DNA from: Patescibacteria group bacterium
Lineage (GTDB): Bacteria > Patescibacteriota > Microgenomatia > UBA8517
Length of the DNA stretch: 64,000 bases
Assembly (NCBI GenBank): GCA_041742135.1
Contig: JBGSJG010000004.1
Location: 235,773-299,772, forward strand
Reading direction: 5' to 3'
Notes under the pieces: generated by a model
What the model was told of the DNA's origin: nothing
What the model saw: only the letters and a program-made list of their open reading frames with translations
The model's database searches: none
Position numbers and translations under genes: made by a program
Part shown: piece by piece, positions 8,365-17,237 of the stretch
Position numbering within the stretch: position 1 is the stretch's first letter
Layout: every line of letters starts with the position of its first letter

Positions 8365-9645
8365 GTGAAGAAAAGCCAAAAACTTACGCTCCCTAAAGGA
8401 ACCAAAATTCCCAACCACATAGCCATTATTCCAGATGGCAACCGCCGCTGGGCGCGTGCCCGGGGGCTTTACACCCTAGAAGGCCATAGAGTCGGTTTTG
8501 AGCGTGCTGTTGAGCTTGCTCGCGCAGCCCGTAGTTGGGGAGTGCACACAATCACCTTGTGGGGATTTTCTACCGGAAATTGGGACCGCTCACCTAAGGA
8601 AATTCATTATTTGATGAAGCTTTATTCCAAGCTCATTGACGACTATATGAAGGACGCGATGAAGGAAGGAGTCAAAATTATTCACTTGGGCAGAAAAGAC
8701 AGACTGCCTAAAATTTTAATTAGAAAAATTGCTGAGGCTGAAGAAAAGACCAAAAATAACAAAAACTATATTGGCAACATCGCCCTTGATCACGGTGGCC
8801 ATGATGACATTATCCGCGCAGTACGAGGCATGATTGAAGACGGCGTGCCGGCTTCGAAGGTTGACGAGAAGACCTTTGAAAATTATCTTGACACCAAAGG
8901 CCAACCGTATCCGTATGTCGATTTACTCATTCGCACAAGCGGGGAGCAAAGAACTAGTGGGTTGCTTTTGTGGCAGATGGAGTATGCGGAAATGTACTGG
9001 GAGCGAGATCATTTCCCTGACTTTACTCCCGAGAAGCTTCGATGTGCGATTATTGATTTTTCTCGCCGAAGGCGCCGCTTTGGAGGCAATGACGCTGATG
9101 AGCATTTCAAGTTTAAGCCAGAGATTGCCGCAGGGCTTGAGCTTAACTGGTGGAGGCTTTCAAAAATCCCTGGAGACAAAACATTTGAGGATTATGCCAA
9201 GGCTCATATCAAAGAGCAGTGGGGGTTGTCCCTTTCGCTTGCTTCGCAAGCGTCAAAATACATGATACGAGCATTTCGATTTGGAAAGCGAGAGGATTGG
9301 AAAAAGGCAAATAAAAATCTGATGAGTTTTTATAAATTAATTAAAGAAGAAGTTAAGCTTGCTTTTGAGCCGTCACTCGCCGCATCGCTTCAAGTTAAGC
9401 TTTGGCAGAAAACGGAAAATGGTAAGAAGGCGGTACTCACAAGCGAGCTGGAGGACCAAACCCGCGAGCTCTTGACCGAGGTTTACAGGATCTCAGATTA
9501 CCAAGCGGCTAAAGTTGCACATCTTCGAGCTCTCGCCACTGTAGAAAAAAATCTTGCTGAGCATGGTGAGGGTGAAGAGCATTGGGACTTGGCTGAAGAG
9601 TATCTTCACATGTACTACAGAGCTTTGAAGGAAAAAGTTGCTTAA
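8365..9645 (+). CDS. uppS: Undecaprenyl diphosphate synthase with ~180 aa C-terminal extension
   Basis: HIAIIPDGNRRWA, FST.NW.R, DLLIRTSGEQRTSG, RRFGG. Confidence 0.93.
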   Translation: MKKSQKLTLPKGTKIPNHIAIIPDGNRRWARARGLYTLEGHRVGFERAVELARAARSWGVHTITLWGFSTGNWDRSPKEIHYLMKLYSKLIDDYMKDAMKEGVKIIHLGRKDRLPKILIRKIAEAEEKTKNNKNYIGNIALDHGGHDDIIRAVRGMIEDGVPASKVDEKTFENYLDTKGQPYPYVDLLIRTSGEQRTSGLLLWQMEYAEMYWERDHFPDFTPEKLRCAIIDFSRRRRRFGGNDADEHFKFKPEIAAGLELNWWRLSKIPGDKTFEDYAKAHIKEQWGLSLSLASQASKYMIRAFRFGKREDWKKANKNLMSFYKLIKEEVKLAFEPSLAASLQVKLWQKTENGKKAVLTSELEDQTRELLTEVYRISDYQAAKVAHLRALATVEKNLAEHGEGEEHWDLAEEYLHMYYRALKEKVA

Positions 9646-9648
9646 GCG

Positions 9649-10599
9649 TTAATTTTCGATTCTTTTTTGGCTAACAAATTCATAAATCATTCTGGAAACC
9701 GTGCTTATTTGCTCGTTGGCTTGTTCTTCGCTGCCACGAACCATCGCACACAAGATATATGGTCTTTTGGGGACGTAAACGATTCCACAATCGCTAAATA
9801 TTTTTTCAGGTCTTAGTACTCCTATTTTGTGAGCAACGGGGACATTTTTGGGAATCCCCGCTGGAATTTTGTTGCTGAAGTTTGTGTGCTGAAGTATTTC
9901 GAGTACTTCATTCGAATGCTGTGGAGTAAGGTATGCAGATAGATAAAGCGCCCTAAATATCGAGGCATAATTTTTTGGGGAGACAATCGGAAGTTTGTTG
10001 TCCGAGTCTTTAGGCAGATCAAGATAGTCAAATATTTCGTCAAGAAAGGTGGGGTATTTTGAAAAGAGGACTTTGTAAGCCGTGTTGTCTGAATCGACAA
10101 GCATAGCATCGATTGCTTCTTGGACAGTGAGCGTGAATCCAGGTCCTTTTTTCCAAAGACTGCCAAAAGCGTCGTCGATGTGCTCGTCCTTTATTGTCAG
10201 TTTGTCTGTGAGTTTGATATCTCCCGACTCGACTCGTTTATACATCACCATTGCCATGGGCACTTTGATAAGGCTAGCTTGGTAGAATTCATTACGGTCA
10301 TTTACGCCAATCGAAGTTCCACTTGGGAGATACTCAAAATATATACCAATATCATTTAGTACCTCATCTGTATAACTCTTTATATCATTGCGTAACGGAG
10401 TGAAATTAACTATGACATCGTTTGCATTTTCCTGGAACACTCTAGGCGAGACAAACGCATACTTGTTTTCAAGTTGTCTAATTTTTGTCGTTATTGCTTC
10501 ATCCTTTGATTTGGTAAACAAAACTCTCGAAAGGGCGACATTCGCTCCTATACTTATCACAAGAAGAAACAAGAGTAGTATGCTTTTTGGCGTCAACAT
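9649..10599 (-). CDS. Class A beta-lactamase-like serine hydrolase, membrane anchored
   Basis: ASLIK (SxxK), SDN, HKIG motifs; N-terminal TM. Confidence 0.88.
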   Translation of the reverse strand: MLTPKSILLLFLLVISIGANVALSRVLFTKSKDEAITTKIRQLENKYAFVSPRVFQENANDVIVNFTPLRNDIKSYTDEVLNDIGIYFEYLPSGTSIGVNDRNEFYQASLIKVPMAMVMYKRVESGDIKLTDKLTIKDEHIDDAFGSLWKKGPGFTLTVQEAIDAMLVDSDNTAYKVLFSKYPTFLDEIFDYLDLPKDSDNKLPIVSPKNYASIFRALYLSAYLTPQHSNEVLEILQHTNFSNKIPAGIPKNVPVAHKIGVLRPEKIFSDCGIVYVPKRPYILCAMVRGSEEQANEQISTVSRMIYEFVSQKRIEN

Positions 10600-10693
10600 G
10601 AGTAATTATTATAGCAATAGCTTATTGATTTCTAGTGCAAAATCGTGAAAAAATGACCAATGCCTACATATAGTATAGGCTTTTGTCGTTGGT

Positions 10694-11512
10694 ATGAAAT
10701 TGCTTGCCCAAAAAGTATTGTTTGATCAGGTTAAAATGCCCAAGTGGCAGTTTAAAGGTGTCTCAACCTTTATGCTTTTGCTGGGAGCTGTTGTTGGTTC
10801 ATATCTGACTACCACGAAGCTCTTGATTCCTTTGATCCGTGCTGCGGGAGATACTTACACTACTTGGGATTTTTCGGTTGACGAGAGCTTTACTCTGGGA
10901 GATTCGGACCAAGTTGAGGTTGCGAGCGATACCGCGGCAAGGCTCAAAGTAAGAACCTATGTTAGTGACGAAAATACTGCAGCGCTTTACCATCTCGACG
11001 AGACTGAAGGTACAATTGCTTCCGACTCTTCAGATAATGAGCTGAACGCAACAGCTACGGCAGCGAATTGGGAAGATGGAAACTTAAATAACGCATTTCA
11101 TTTTAATGGTAGCTCTGACAATATAACTGTTGCAGACGACGCGGCAATTTCTTTTACCGGGGCACACTCGATTGAAGCTTGGACAAAGTTTGATAACGCT
11201 TTCTCGGCTGGCAGCCATTTAACAAACCAGCCCGTTATTGATAAAGGTGATTACAGAGTTTATTTCAACAAAGAAACAGGAAAAATCAATTACGAGCTGA
11301 CTTCAAATGCACCAGCTTCTTGGGTTCAAACTGGAGGATCTGACTTTAACAATAGCTGGAGTTTTGCTACACACGATGCTGTTAAGTCGATCGCGGGAAG
11401 TAGCAGTAGCAATATCTATGTTGGGCTTGGAGGGGTCGGCCTAACAACTTTAACTCCAGATGAAGCAGAAGTTTGGCATTTTGACGGGACAGTGTGCGAA
11501 AATTGGTGGTGA
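10694..11512 (+). CDS. N-terminal part of large surface protein (TM + LamG-like domain), frameshifted into next ORF
   Basis: YHLDE..G..A.D.S.N, A.HFNG, S.EAW LamG pattern; ends inside a propeller repeat. Confidence 0.7.
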   Translation: MKLLAQKVLFDQVKMPKWQFKGVSTFMLLLGAVVGSYLTTTKLLIPLIRAAGDTYTTWDFSVDESFTLGDSDQVEVASDTAARLKVRTYVSDENTAALYHLDETEGTIASDSSDNELNATATAANWEDGNLNNAFHFNGSSDNITVADDAAISFTGAHSIEAWTKFDNAFSAGSHLTNQPVIDKGDYRVYFNKETGKINYELTSNAPASWVQTGGSDFNNSWSFATHDAVKSIAGSSSSNIYVGLGGVGLTTLTPDEAEVWHFDGTVCENWW

Positions 11513-13742
11513 CGGAGTAAATCTTAGCTGGAGTTCCGGATACGACGAAGTTAACGCTTTATTGCTTGACGGCACAATCCTTTACGCGGCTGTGGGTAAT
11601 TCTGCGGGTGAAGCAGAGGTCTGGAAGTATGAAGGTGGTTCTTGGGAAAAGATCGCAGACAGTGCTCAACTTGGCAGCAGTCTTGAAAATGCTATGGCTT
11701 TGGCCCTTTATGATGACGGCGAGGGGGCCGATTTGTATGCCGGGACAGGCTACAGTAACGACGACGGAAGAGTGTTCAGATATCAAGACGACACTTGGAC
11801 TCAGATAGGTGGAAGGTACGCAGATGCCGGATATTCAAGTTGGGGGGATGCGGATAATGTGAATTACGTTTATTCCTTAGTTTCAGATGGCAATTATTTA
11901 TATGCTGGCCTTGGCGGTGCTGTAGATGAAGGGGAGCTTTGGAGATTTGATGGTTCCTTGGGGACAGATGGGCAGTGGGAGCGAATCGCGGGAACTGGGG
12001 CAGAGGCTAATTATCCATCAGGCTGGGGAGCTTCAGATGACATCGAATATGTTTTCTCTTTGGAAGTTGACGCTGATTATCTGTATGCCGGGCTTGGCTC
12101 CAACAATAACGATGGAGAAGTTTGGCGATTTGGCTTAATTTCTGAGACTTGGGAGCGGATTGGTGGGGATGGCGCGACCACTGCTGGTACTTGGGTAGCG
12201 GCAAGCGATAAGGAATCCGTACAAAGCTTGGCCGTTGACGGCAACTATCTTTATGCCGGAATTGGAAGTGGAGATTATGATGGTGAAGTTTGGAGATTTG
12301 ACCTAGTAACTGAGACTTGGGATCAAATTGGCGGTGATGGAACTTATACTAGCTGGAATAATACTCAGCGCGCGAGACGTGTGGATGCCCTAGAGATTAT
12401 CGGCGGCACACTTTACGCAGGAACATACAACTACACAGACAATGGGCAGTTGTGGACTTGGAATGGGGCGGATGATTGGACTCAGGTGGCCGGGGATTAT
12501 TTAGATAAGAGCTGGGGTTACTATGGAATCGATCGCGTAACTTCGATGACTGTAAGTGGGGAATATTTGTATGCTGGTTTGGGAATAACTGCAGGTGAAG
12601 CGCAAGTTTGGGAATATGATGGATCTGAATGGAGCATAATCGGAGGCCAAGGTGTAAACGGTAGCTGGCCTGCCGACACAATAGAGGCCGTTTATTCACT
12701 GACGGGGGGTGGAGGAGATGTTTATGCTGGGCTTGGAAACACCAATGATGATGGCCAGGTTTGGAGATACCAAGAAGGATCTTGGACTCAAATTGCAGGC
12801 AAAGGTGCTGACGCTCAATACACGGGCTGGGGAGACGCGGATAATGTAAATTATGTGTTCGCGCTCACCGAGGATGATACATATGTATATGCCGCGCTTG
12901 GTAACGGGACAAATGAAGGAGATGTGTGGAGATTTCATAAAACAAACGAGCTTTGGGAGCAAATTGCCGGAGCTGGGACAGTACTTGCAAATGGCAAGTG
13001 GACAAGTGGCTATGAAGAGGTCAACACACTTGTTGTGGACAAAAATTATCTGTATGCGGGAGTAGGTAGAAGCACTACCGCGGACAGTGATGTCTGGAGG
13101 TATGACAAAGCTGCTGAGACGTGGCTTCAGATAGGTGGGGATGGCAAAAACAACTGTTGGAGCAGTGGATTTGAGGCGCTTTACTCAATGGCATTTTACG
13201 AGGGAGACTTGTATGTTGGCCTCGGGATAAGCACGGATGATGCTGAAGTTTGGAGATGGGATGGAAGCAGTTGGAATATTGTAGGCGGCCAAGACAATGT
13301 AAATGGGAGCTGGGACAACACCACTTACGAGCGTGTACAGTCTTTGGTTGCTTTCAGTGGCAAGCTTTATGCAGGACTTGGAATGTTTAATACAATGAGC
13401 GTCTCGCTTCTTGAGAGGACACGTGAGGTGGGGCTCATGAAAGCAATGGGGATGAGGAGCCATGAAGTTCGTGAGTTATTTTTGACTGAGTCAATGACGA
13501 TGGGATTTTTTGGAGGACTGCTGGGGATTCTCATGGGAATAGGAATAGGCAAAGGCTTAAGCATATTAATTTCGGTAGTTGCCGTTTCGCGCGGTGTTGG
13601 CGTCGTAGATATCAGTTATCTCCCTGTTACTTTTTCAACTTTCATCATGGTTTTGTCCATCATCGTTGGCTTGGTTACTGGAATGTACCCTGCAAGGCGT
13701 GCCACAAGAATCTCCGCTTTGGACGCCCTAAGGTACGAATAG
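11460..13742 (+). CDS. Beta-propeller repeat region fused to FtsX/MacB-type ABC permease C-terminus
   Basis: About a dozen LYAGLG...GEVWR.D...W.QIGG repeats, then GMFNTM.VS.LERTREVG.MKA.G...YPARRA.RI..LDALRYE. Confidence 0.8.
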   Translation: MKQKFGILTGQCAKIGGDGVNLSWSSGYDEVNALLLDGTILYAAVGNSAGEAEVWKYEGGSWEKIADSAQLGSSLENAMALALYDDGEGADLYAGTGYSNDDGRVFRYQDDTWTQIGGRYADAGYSSWGDADNVNYVYSLVSDGNYLYAGLGGAVDEGELWRFDGSLGTDGQWERIAGTGAEANYPSGWGASDDIEYVFSLEVDADYLYAGLGSNNNDGEVWRFGLISETWERIGGDGATTAGTWVAASDKESVQSLAVDGNYLYAGIGSGDYDGEVWRFDLVTETWDQIGGDGTYTSWNNTQRARRVDALEIIGGTLYAGTYNYTDNGQLWTWNGADDWTQVAGDYLDKSWGYYGIDRVTSMTVSGEYLYAGLGITAGEAQVWEYDGSEWSIIGGQGVNGSWPADTIEAVYSLTGGGGDVYAGLGNTNDDGQVWRYQEGSWTQIAGKGADAQYTGWGDADNVNYVFALTEDDTYVYAALGNGTNEGDVWRFHKTNELWEQIAGAGTVLANGKWTSGYEEVNTLVVDKNYLYAGVGRSTTADSDVWRYDKAAETWLQIGGDGKNNCWSSGFEALYSMAFYEGDLYVGLGISTDDAEVWRWDGSSWNIVGGQDNVNGSWDNTTYERVQSLVAFSGKLYAGLGMFNTMSVSLLERTREVGLMKAMGMRSHEVRELFLTESMTMGFFGGLLGILMGIGIGKGLSILISVVAVSRGVGVVDISYLPVTFSTFIMVLSIIVGLVTGMYPARRATRISALDALRYE

Positions 13743-13815
13743 GGTATTGACATCATAATGACTACTTTGATACTCTGTGTTATCAAACGATTAGTTTGAG
13801 TCATAGTAAACTTTA

Positions 13816-14025
13816 ATGTCTGACCCAAAGCAAATTAACCTCGAAAACCTTCCAGATCTTTTAACTGTCCGCGAAGTTGCTGAGATTCTTAGGGTCTCTC
13901 CTTTGACAATTAAAAGGTGGGGTAAAAAGGGCAAACTCCCTCCAATGCGAATAAACTCCCGCGGGGACCGCAGATATAAAAAGGAAGCAGTTTATGCACT
14001 TCTCGGCATGGAGCCAAAAGTGTGA
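13816..14025 (+). CDS. Small MerR-like/excisionase-family HTH DNA-binding protein (BldC-like)
   Basis: LLTVREVAEILRVSPLTIKRW...GDRRY. Confidence 0.88.
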   Translation: MSDPKQINLENLPDLLTVREVAEILRVSPLTIKRWGKKGKLPPMRINSRGDRRYKKEAVYALLGMEPKV

Positions 14026-14065
14026 TTTTGCGCTCCACGTAGTATAATACCTCAGCTTAGCTACC

Positions 14066-14998
14066 ATGAAGAAGTCCCTCATTTTGTTTCTTAGTATTTT
14101 CATATTGTCAGCTAATGTTGCGTTTGCTCAAACCGCAAGACCAACCGTAATGCCCATAGCCGAGGAGGCAACGGATTCAGCGGAAGCAACCGATTCGGCA
14201 ATTCTTGAAGCCACTGCGACTCCAAGCCCGACACCTGTGCCTTCGCCAAGGGTCGACATTACGCAATCGACAGAAGTTACAGCCGGAAGACTTGAACTTT
14301 TGCTCTACGAGCAGAAACTGGGCCCTGTTTTTCCGTTTAACGTAGTCAAATATGCGATCAGGGCAACAATTGACGCTGGAGTACCGCCTAACACTTTGGT
14401 GCTTCTACTTCTTTTGCCACTTGTCGTCGCGTTAATTGCAGCGGCACGGCACGTCATTGGCCTCCGTGGTTTTGGAATATTTTTACCTGCAGCCTTGGCT
14501 ATTGTGTTTGCGGCTATCGGTCCTGTGGTAGGAATTGGTTTATTCATGGTAATAGTGCTTGTCTCAACGTATTCCAGAATATTGCTTCGCACCCTCAAGC
14601 TTAAGCTTCAGTATTTGCCTCGCATGTCTTTGATGCTTTGGTTTGTAGTGGTTGGGGTCCTCTTGGCACTTTTTATGGCACCAATCATTCGCCATCCTGA
14701 TTTTACGAATGTCTCAATTTTCCCAGTCTTAATTTTGGTACTTTTGGCTGAGGACTTTTCTAAAGTGCAACTGGGCAAGTCTCCAAGAACCGCGATTATG
14801 CTAGCTTCTGAAACAATTGTTCTTTCCTTGGTGGCCTACATATTCTTAACTTTTGAGGGTCTTCAGGAATACGCTTTGATGTACCCGGAGACAATACTAA
14901 TTGGTGTTTTAATATTCGACTTTATAATGGGCCGTTACGTTGGCCTTCGCTTTTTTGAATTTTGGCGCTTTAGGCGGCTTATTATGAAGGAAAAATAG
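14066..14998 (+). CDS. 7TM-domain membrane protein (type found with inactive transglutaminases), with signal peptide and Pro/Thr linker
   Basis: LLLPL...R.VIGL.GFGIF.P, YLPR, SIFP..IL...E, GRY.GLR..E..RF. Confidence 0.82.
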   Translation: MKKSLILFLSIFILSANVAFAQTARPTVMPIAEEATDSAEATDSAILEATATPSPTPVPSPRVDITQSTEVTAGRLELLLYEQKLGPVFPFNVVKYAIRATIDAGVPPNTLVLLLLLPLVVALIAAARHVIGLRGFGIFLPAALAIVFAAIGPVVGIGLFMVIVLVSTYSRILLRTLKLKLQYLPRMSLMLWFVVVGVLLALFMAPIIRHPDFTNVSIFPVLILVLLAEDFSKVQLGKSPRTAIMLASETIVLSLVAYIFLTFEGLQEYALMYPETILIGVLIFDFIMGRYVGLRFFEFWRFRRLIMKEK

Positions 14999-15007
14999 AA
15001 AAATCTG

Positions 15008-16357
15008 ATGAAAGCTTCCGCTATTTTAGGGCTTAATGCCCGAGCACAAATTTCGTATAAGTACAATACAAACTGGGGTCGCTCAATTGCCAACTCTAAG
15101 CTTTTAACCAAAAAAGTTCTTAAAAAAGCTGGTATTCCAGCTCCTGAAATTTACAAGAAATTTCTAAAACCCGCTGATGTGCTTAATTACGATTGGGCAA
15201 AGCTGCCTGACTCCTTTGCTCTTAAACCAAGCAGAGGCCTTGGAGGCGAGGGCATTATTGTTATTAAAAAGCGTGCCAAAGACGGGTTAGGCTGGATAAC
15301 TACTTCAAGGAAGCGAATCAGGATTGAAGATTTGAAACTTCACACTCTAGATATTTTTGAAGGCGCGTATAGCTTGGAGCACGCGAGTGACATCGCATTT
15401 GCTGAAGAGTACGTTGGTCGCCACAAAGCTTTCAGAAGATACGCGTACCGCGGCACTCCAGACATTAGAATTGTGGTGTTTAATAAAGTGCCGGTTATGG
15501 CGATGCTTAGGCTTCCTACAAAAGACTCAGGTGGACGCGCAAATTTGCATCAAGGAGCGATCGGGGCGGGGATTGATATAGCAAGCGGTATTACCACAAA
15601 GGCGGTTTGGTACGGCTCACCCATCAAATATAAGCCGGGAACTCAGAGGAAGCTTCATGGTATTAGAATCCCAATGTGGACAAAGATATTGGAAATTGCG
15701 GTTATGTGCTCTGAAGCCAGCGGGCTTGGGTTTTTGGGCGTGGACGTGGTCTTGCATCCCGAGAAAGGCCCGATGATTTTGGAGCTTAATGCTCAGCCGG
15801 GTTTCCAGATTCAGCTGGCTAATGAGGCAGGCTTAAAAAAGCGATTAGACCGGGTAGAGGACTTAGAAGTCCGAGACGCTGAGCATGGAGTAAAAATTGC
15901 CAAGGTTTTATTTGCCGAGCGCTTTGCGGATCGTGTTAAGCTAGAAGAAGGTGTAAAGACCTTGAAGCCAATTGAAAAGGTCTATTTGTACGGATACAAA
16001 AGCAAGAAGAAAATTGCGATCGAGGCGAGAATTGACACGGGAGCCAGAAGAAGCTCGATAGACCGCAAACTTGCGAGCGAACTGGGGCTTTTAAATGATA
16101 ACAACGTTTTACTGCGCCGCGGTTATGCTTACGTTTCAGCCGCTGGAAGACAGTCTCGGCCTGTGATAGGGATTACCATGAGAATTGCGGGAAGAAAGCT
16201 TAATACAAGTGCATCAGTTGCGAATCGGGCAAGTATGTCGACAAAGCTTTTAATTGGCCGCAATGACTTGCAAGGATTTTTAGTTAATCCTGTACACGAT
16301 GAAATTGACGACTTGCCCAGAAAAGTTAAAAAACAAAATGATGCAAAACAATCCTAA
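15008..16357 (+). CDS. Sugar-transfer-associated ATP-grasp ligase fused to RimK-associated aspartic-type peptidase
   Basis: ILGLNAR, KPS.G.GG.GI, PDIRI.V, AMLRLPT..S.GRANLHQGA.G, LELNA.PG..IQ.AN; C-terminal ARIDTGA..SSID and LLIGR. Confidence 0.88.
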   Translation: MKASAILGLNARAQISYKYNTNWGRSIANSKLLTKKVLKKAGIPAPEIYKKFLKPADVLNYDWAKLPDSFALKPSRGLGGEGIIVIKKRAKDGLGWITTSRKRIRIEDLKLHTLDIFEGAYSLEHASDIAFAEEYVGRHKAFRRYAYRGTPDIRIVVFNKVPVMAMLRLPTKDSGGRANLHQGAIGAGIDIASGITTKAVWYGSPIKYKPGTQRKLHGIRIPMWTKILEIAVMCSEASGLGFLGVDVVLHPEKGPMILELNAQPGFQIQLANEAGLKKRLDRVEDLEVRDAEHGVKIAKVLFAERFADRVKLEEGVKTLKPIEKVYLYGYKSKKKIAIEARIDTGARRSSIDRKLASELGLLNDNNVLLRRGYAYVSAAGRQSRPVIGITMRIAGRKLNTSASVANRASMSTKLLIGRNDLQGFLVNPVHDEIDDLPRKVKKQNDAKQS

Positions 16358-17237
16358 AATTCTAATTTTTGTAGGTGGGCCAGTTGCAAAACTCGAGCCT
16401 TTCAAAGAGGTGGCAGGAGAGCTAAATGTTGACTTAACTGTAGCTTCTTTTTCGGATATAAGTTATAAGTCTGGGGAGGACAATTACACGCTCTCGGTGG
16501 GAGAGCAAGATATTGCAGATTTTGATGTGATTTATTTTCGAATGGTAGGGCGACGCCTTGAGGACGCGACGCTCGTGGCAAACTATGCCAAAAAGCACGG
16601 CATTAAAGTTTTTGACAGGCTATACCAAGATTCACTTTTAGTTCCCTCAAGTATCTCAAAAGCTCTTGAAACCGCAAAGATGATCGAGGCGGGTGTACCA
16701 ATGCCAAAGACTATTTTTGGTAGCCTTAAGTATCTTAGACATAAAGCACCCGAGCTATTCGGATTTCCATTTGTGCTCAAAAGCACTACCGGCAAAAAAG
16801 CCCGTGAAGTATGGGCGCCGAGTAGTGAAGAGGAGCTGTCCGAGCTTCTGGTTAAGCTACGCGAAATGGAAAAGTCAGGTGTGCGGTTTTTTGCTCAGGC
16901 ATTTACGCAAGCCTCTCAGCGCTACAGAGTATTTGTATTGGGCGGGCAAGTGGTAGCAGCTTTGACTCAGCCGACCAAGTGGAGAAAGCGTTTTAGCGAT
17001 AAGCTTGAGGGAGAAAAGGGCGTGGTGGAGGCTGATTCTCAAATGACTGAGCTTGCACTTGCCGCTGCAAATGCGGTGGACTTGGATATTTCTGGCGTGG
17101 ATATTCTGAAAATTGATAACTCAGGCGAGCTTGTGGTTATCGAGGCCAATGCAGCCCCATCGTGGAATCTTGTCAAAAAATACACAGACATTAACGTCGA
17201 GCGGGAGATCCTTTTATGGTTAGCCAAGCAGATTTAA
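16338..17237 (+). CDS. RimK/LysX-family ATP-grasp ligase
   Basis: G.P.PKT, FPFVLK, YRVFVLG, GVDIL, IEANAAP. Confidence 0.85.
   Translation: MMQNNPKILIFVGGPVAKLEPFKEVAGELNVDLTVASFSDISYKSGEDNYTLSVGEQDIADFDVIYFRMVGRRLEDATLVANYAKKHGIKVFDRLYQDSLLVPSSISKALETAKMIEAGVPMPKTIFGSLKYLRHKAPELFGFPFVLKSTTGKKAREVWAPSSEEELSELLVKLREMEKSGVRFFAQAFTQASQRYRVFVLGGQVVAALTQPTKWRKRFSDKLEGEKGVVEADSQMTELALAAANAVDLDISGVDILKIDNSGELVVIEANAAPSWNLVKKYTDINVEREILLWLAKQI

Noticed and set aside
9649-10599. Antibiotic-resistance beta-lactamase
   Set aside because: Membrane-anchored, with a shortened omega-loop region lacking the class A Glu; more likely a cell-wall-related serine hydrolase.
11500-13380. DGR template/variable repeat pair in the propeller gene
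   Set aside because: Similarity is at protein level with synonymous divergence, not adenine-specific; no reverse transcriptase.
13816-14025. Prophage excisionase
   Set aside because: No integrase, phage genes or att sites nearby; treated as a stand-alone regulator.
14066-14998. Rhodopsin partner for the carotenoid cluster
   Set aside because: No retinal-binding Lys motif in the last helix; fits the ATP-grasp-associated 7TM family. No blh in the window.
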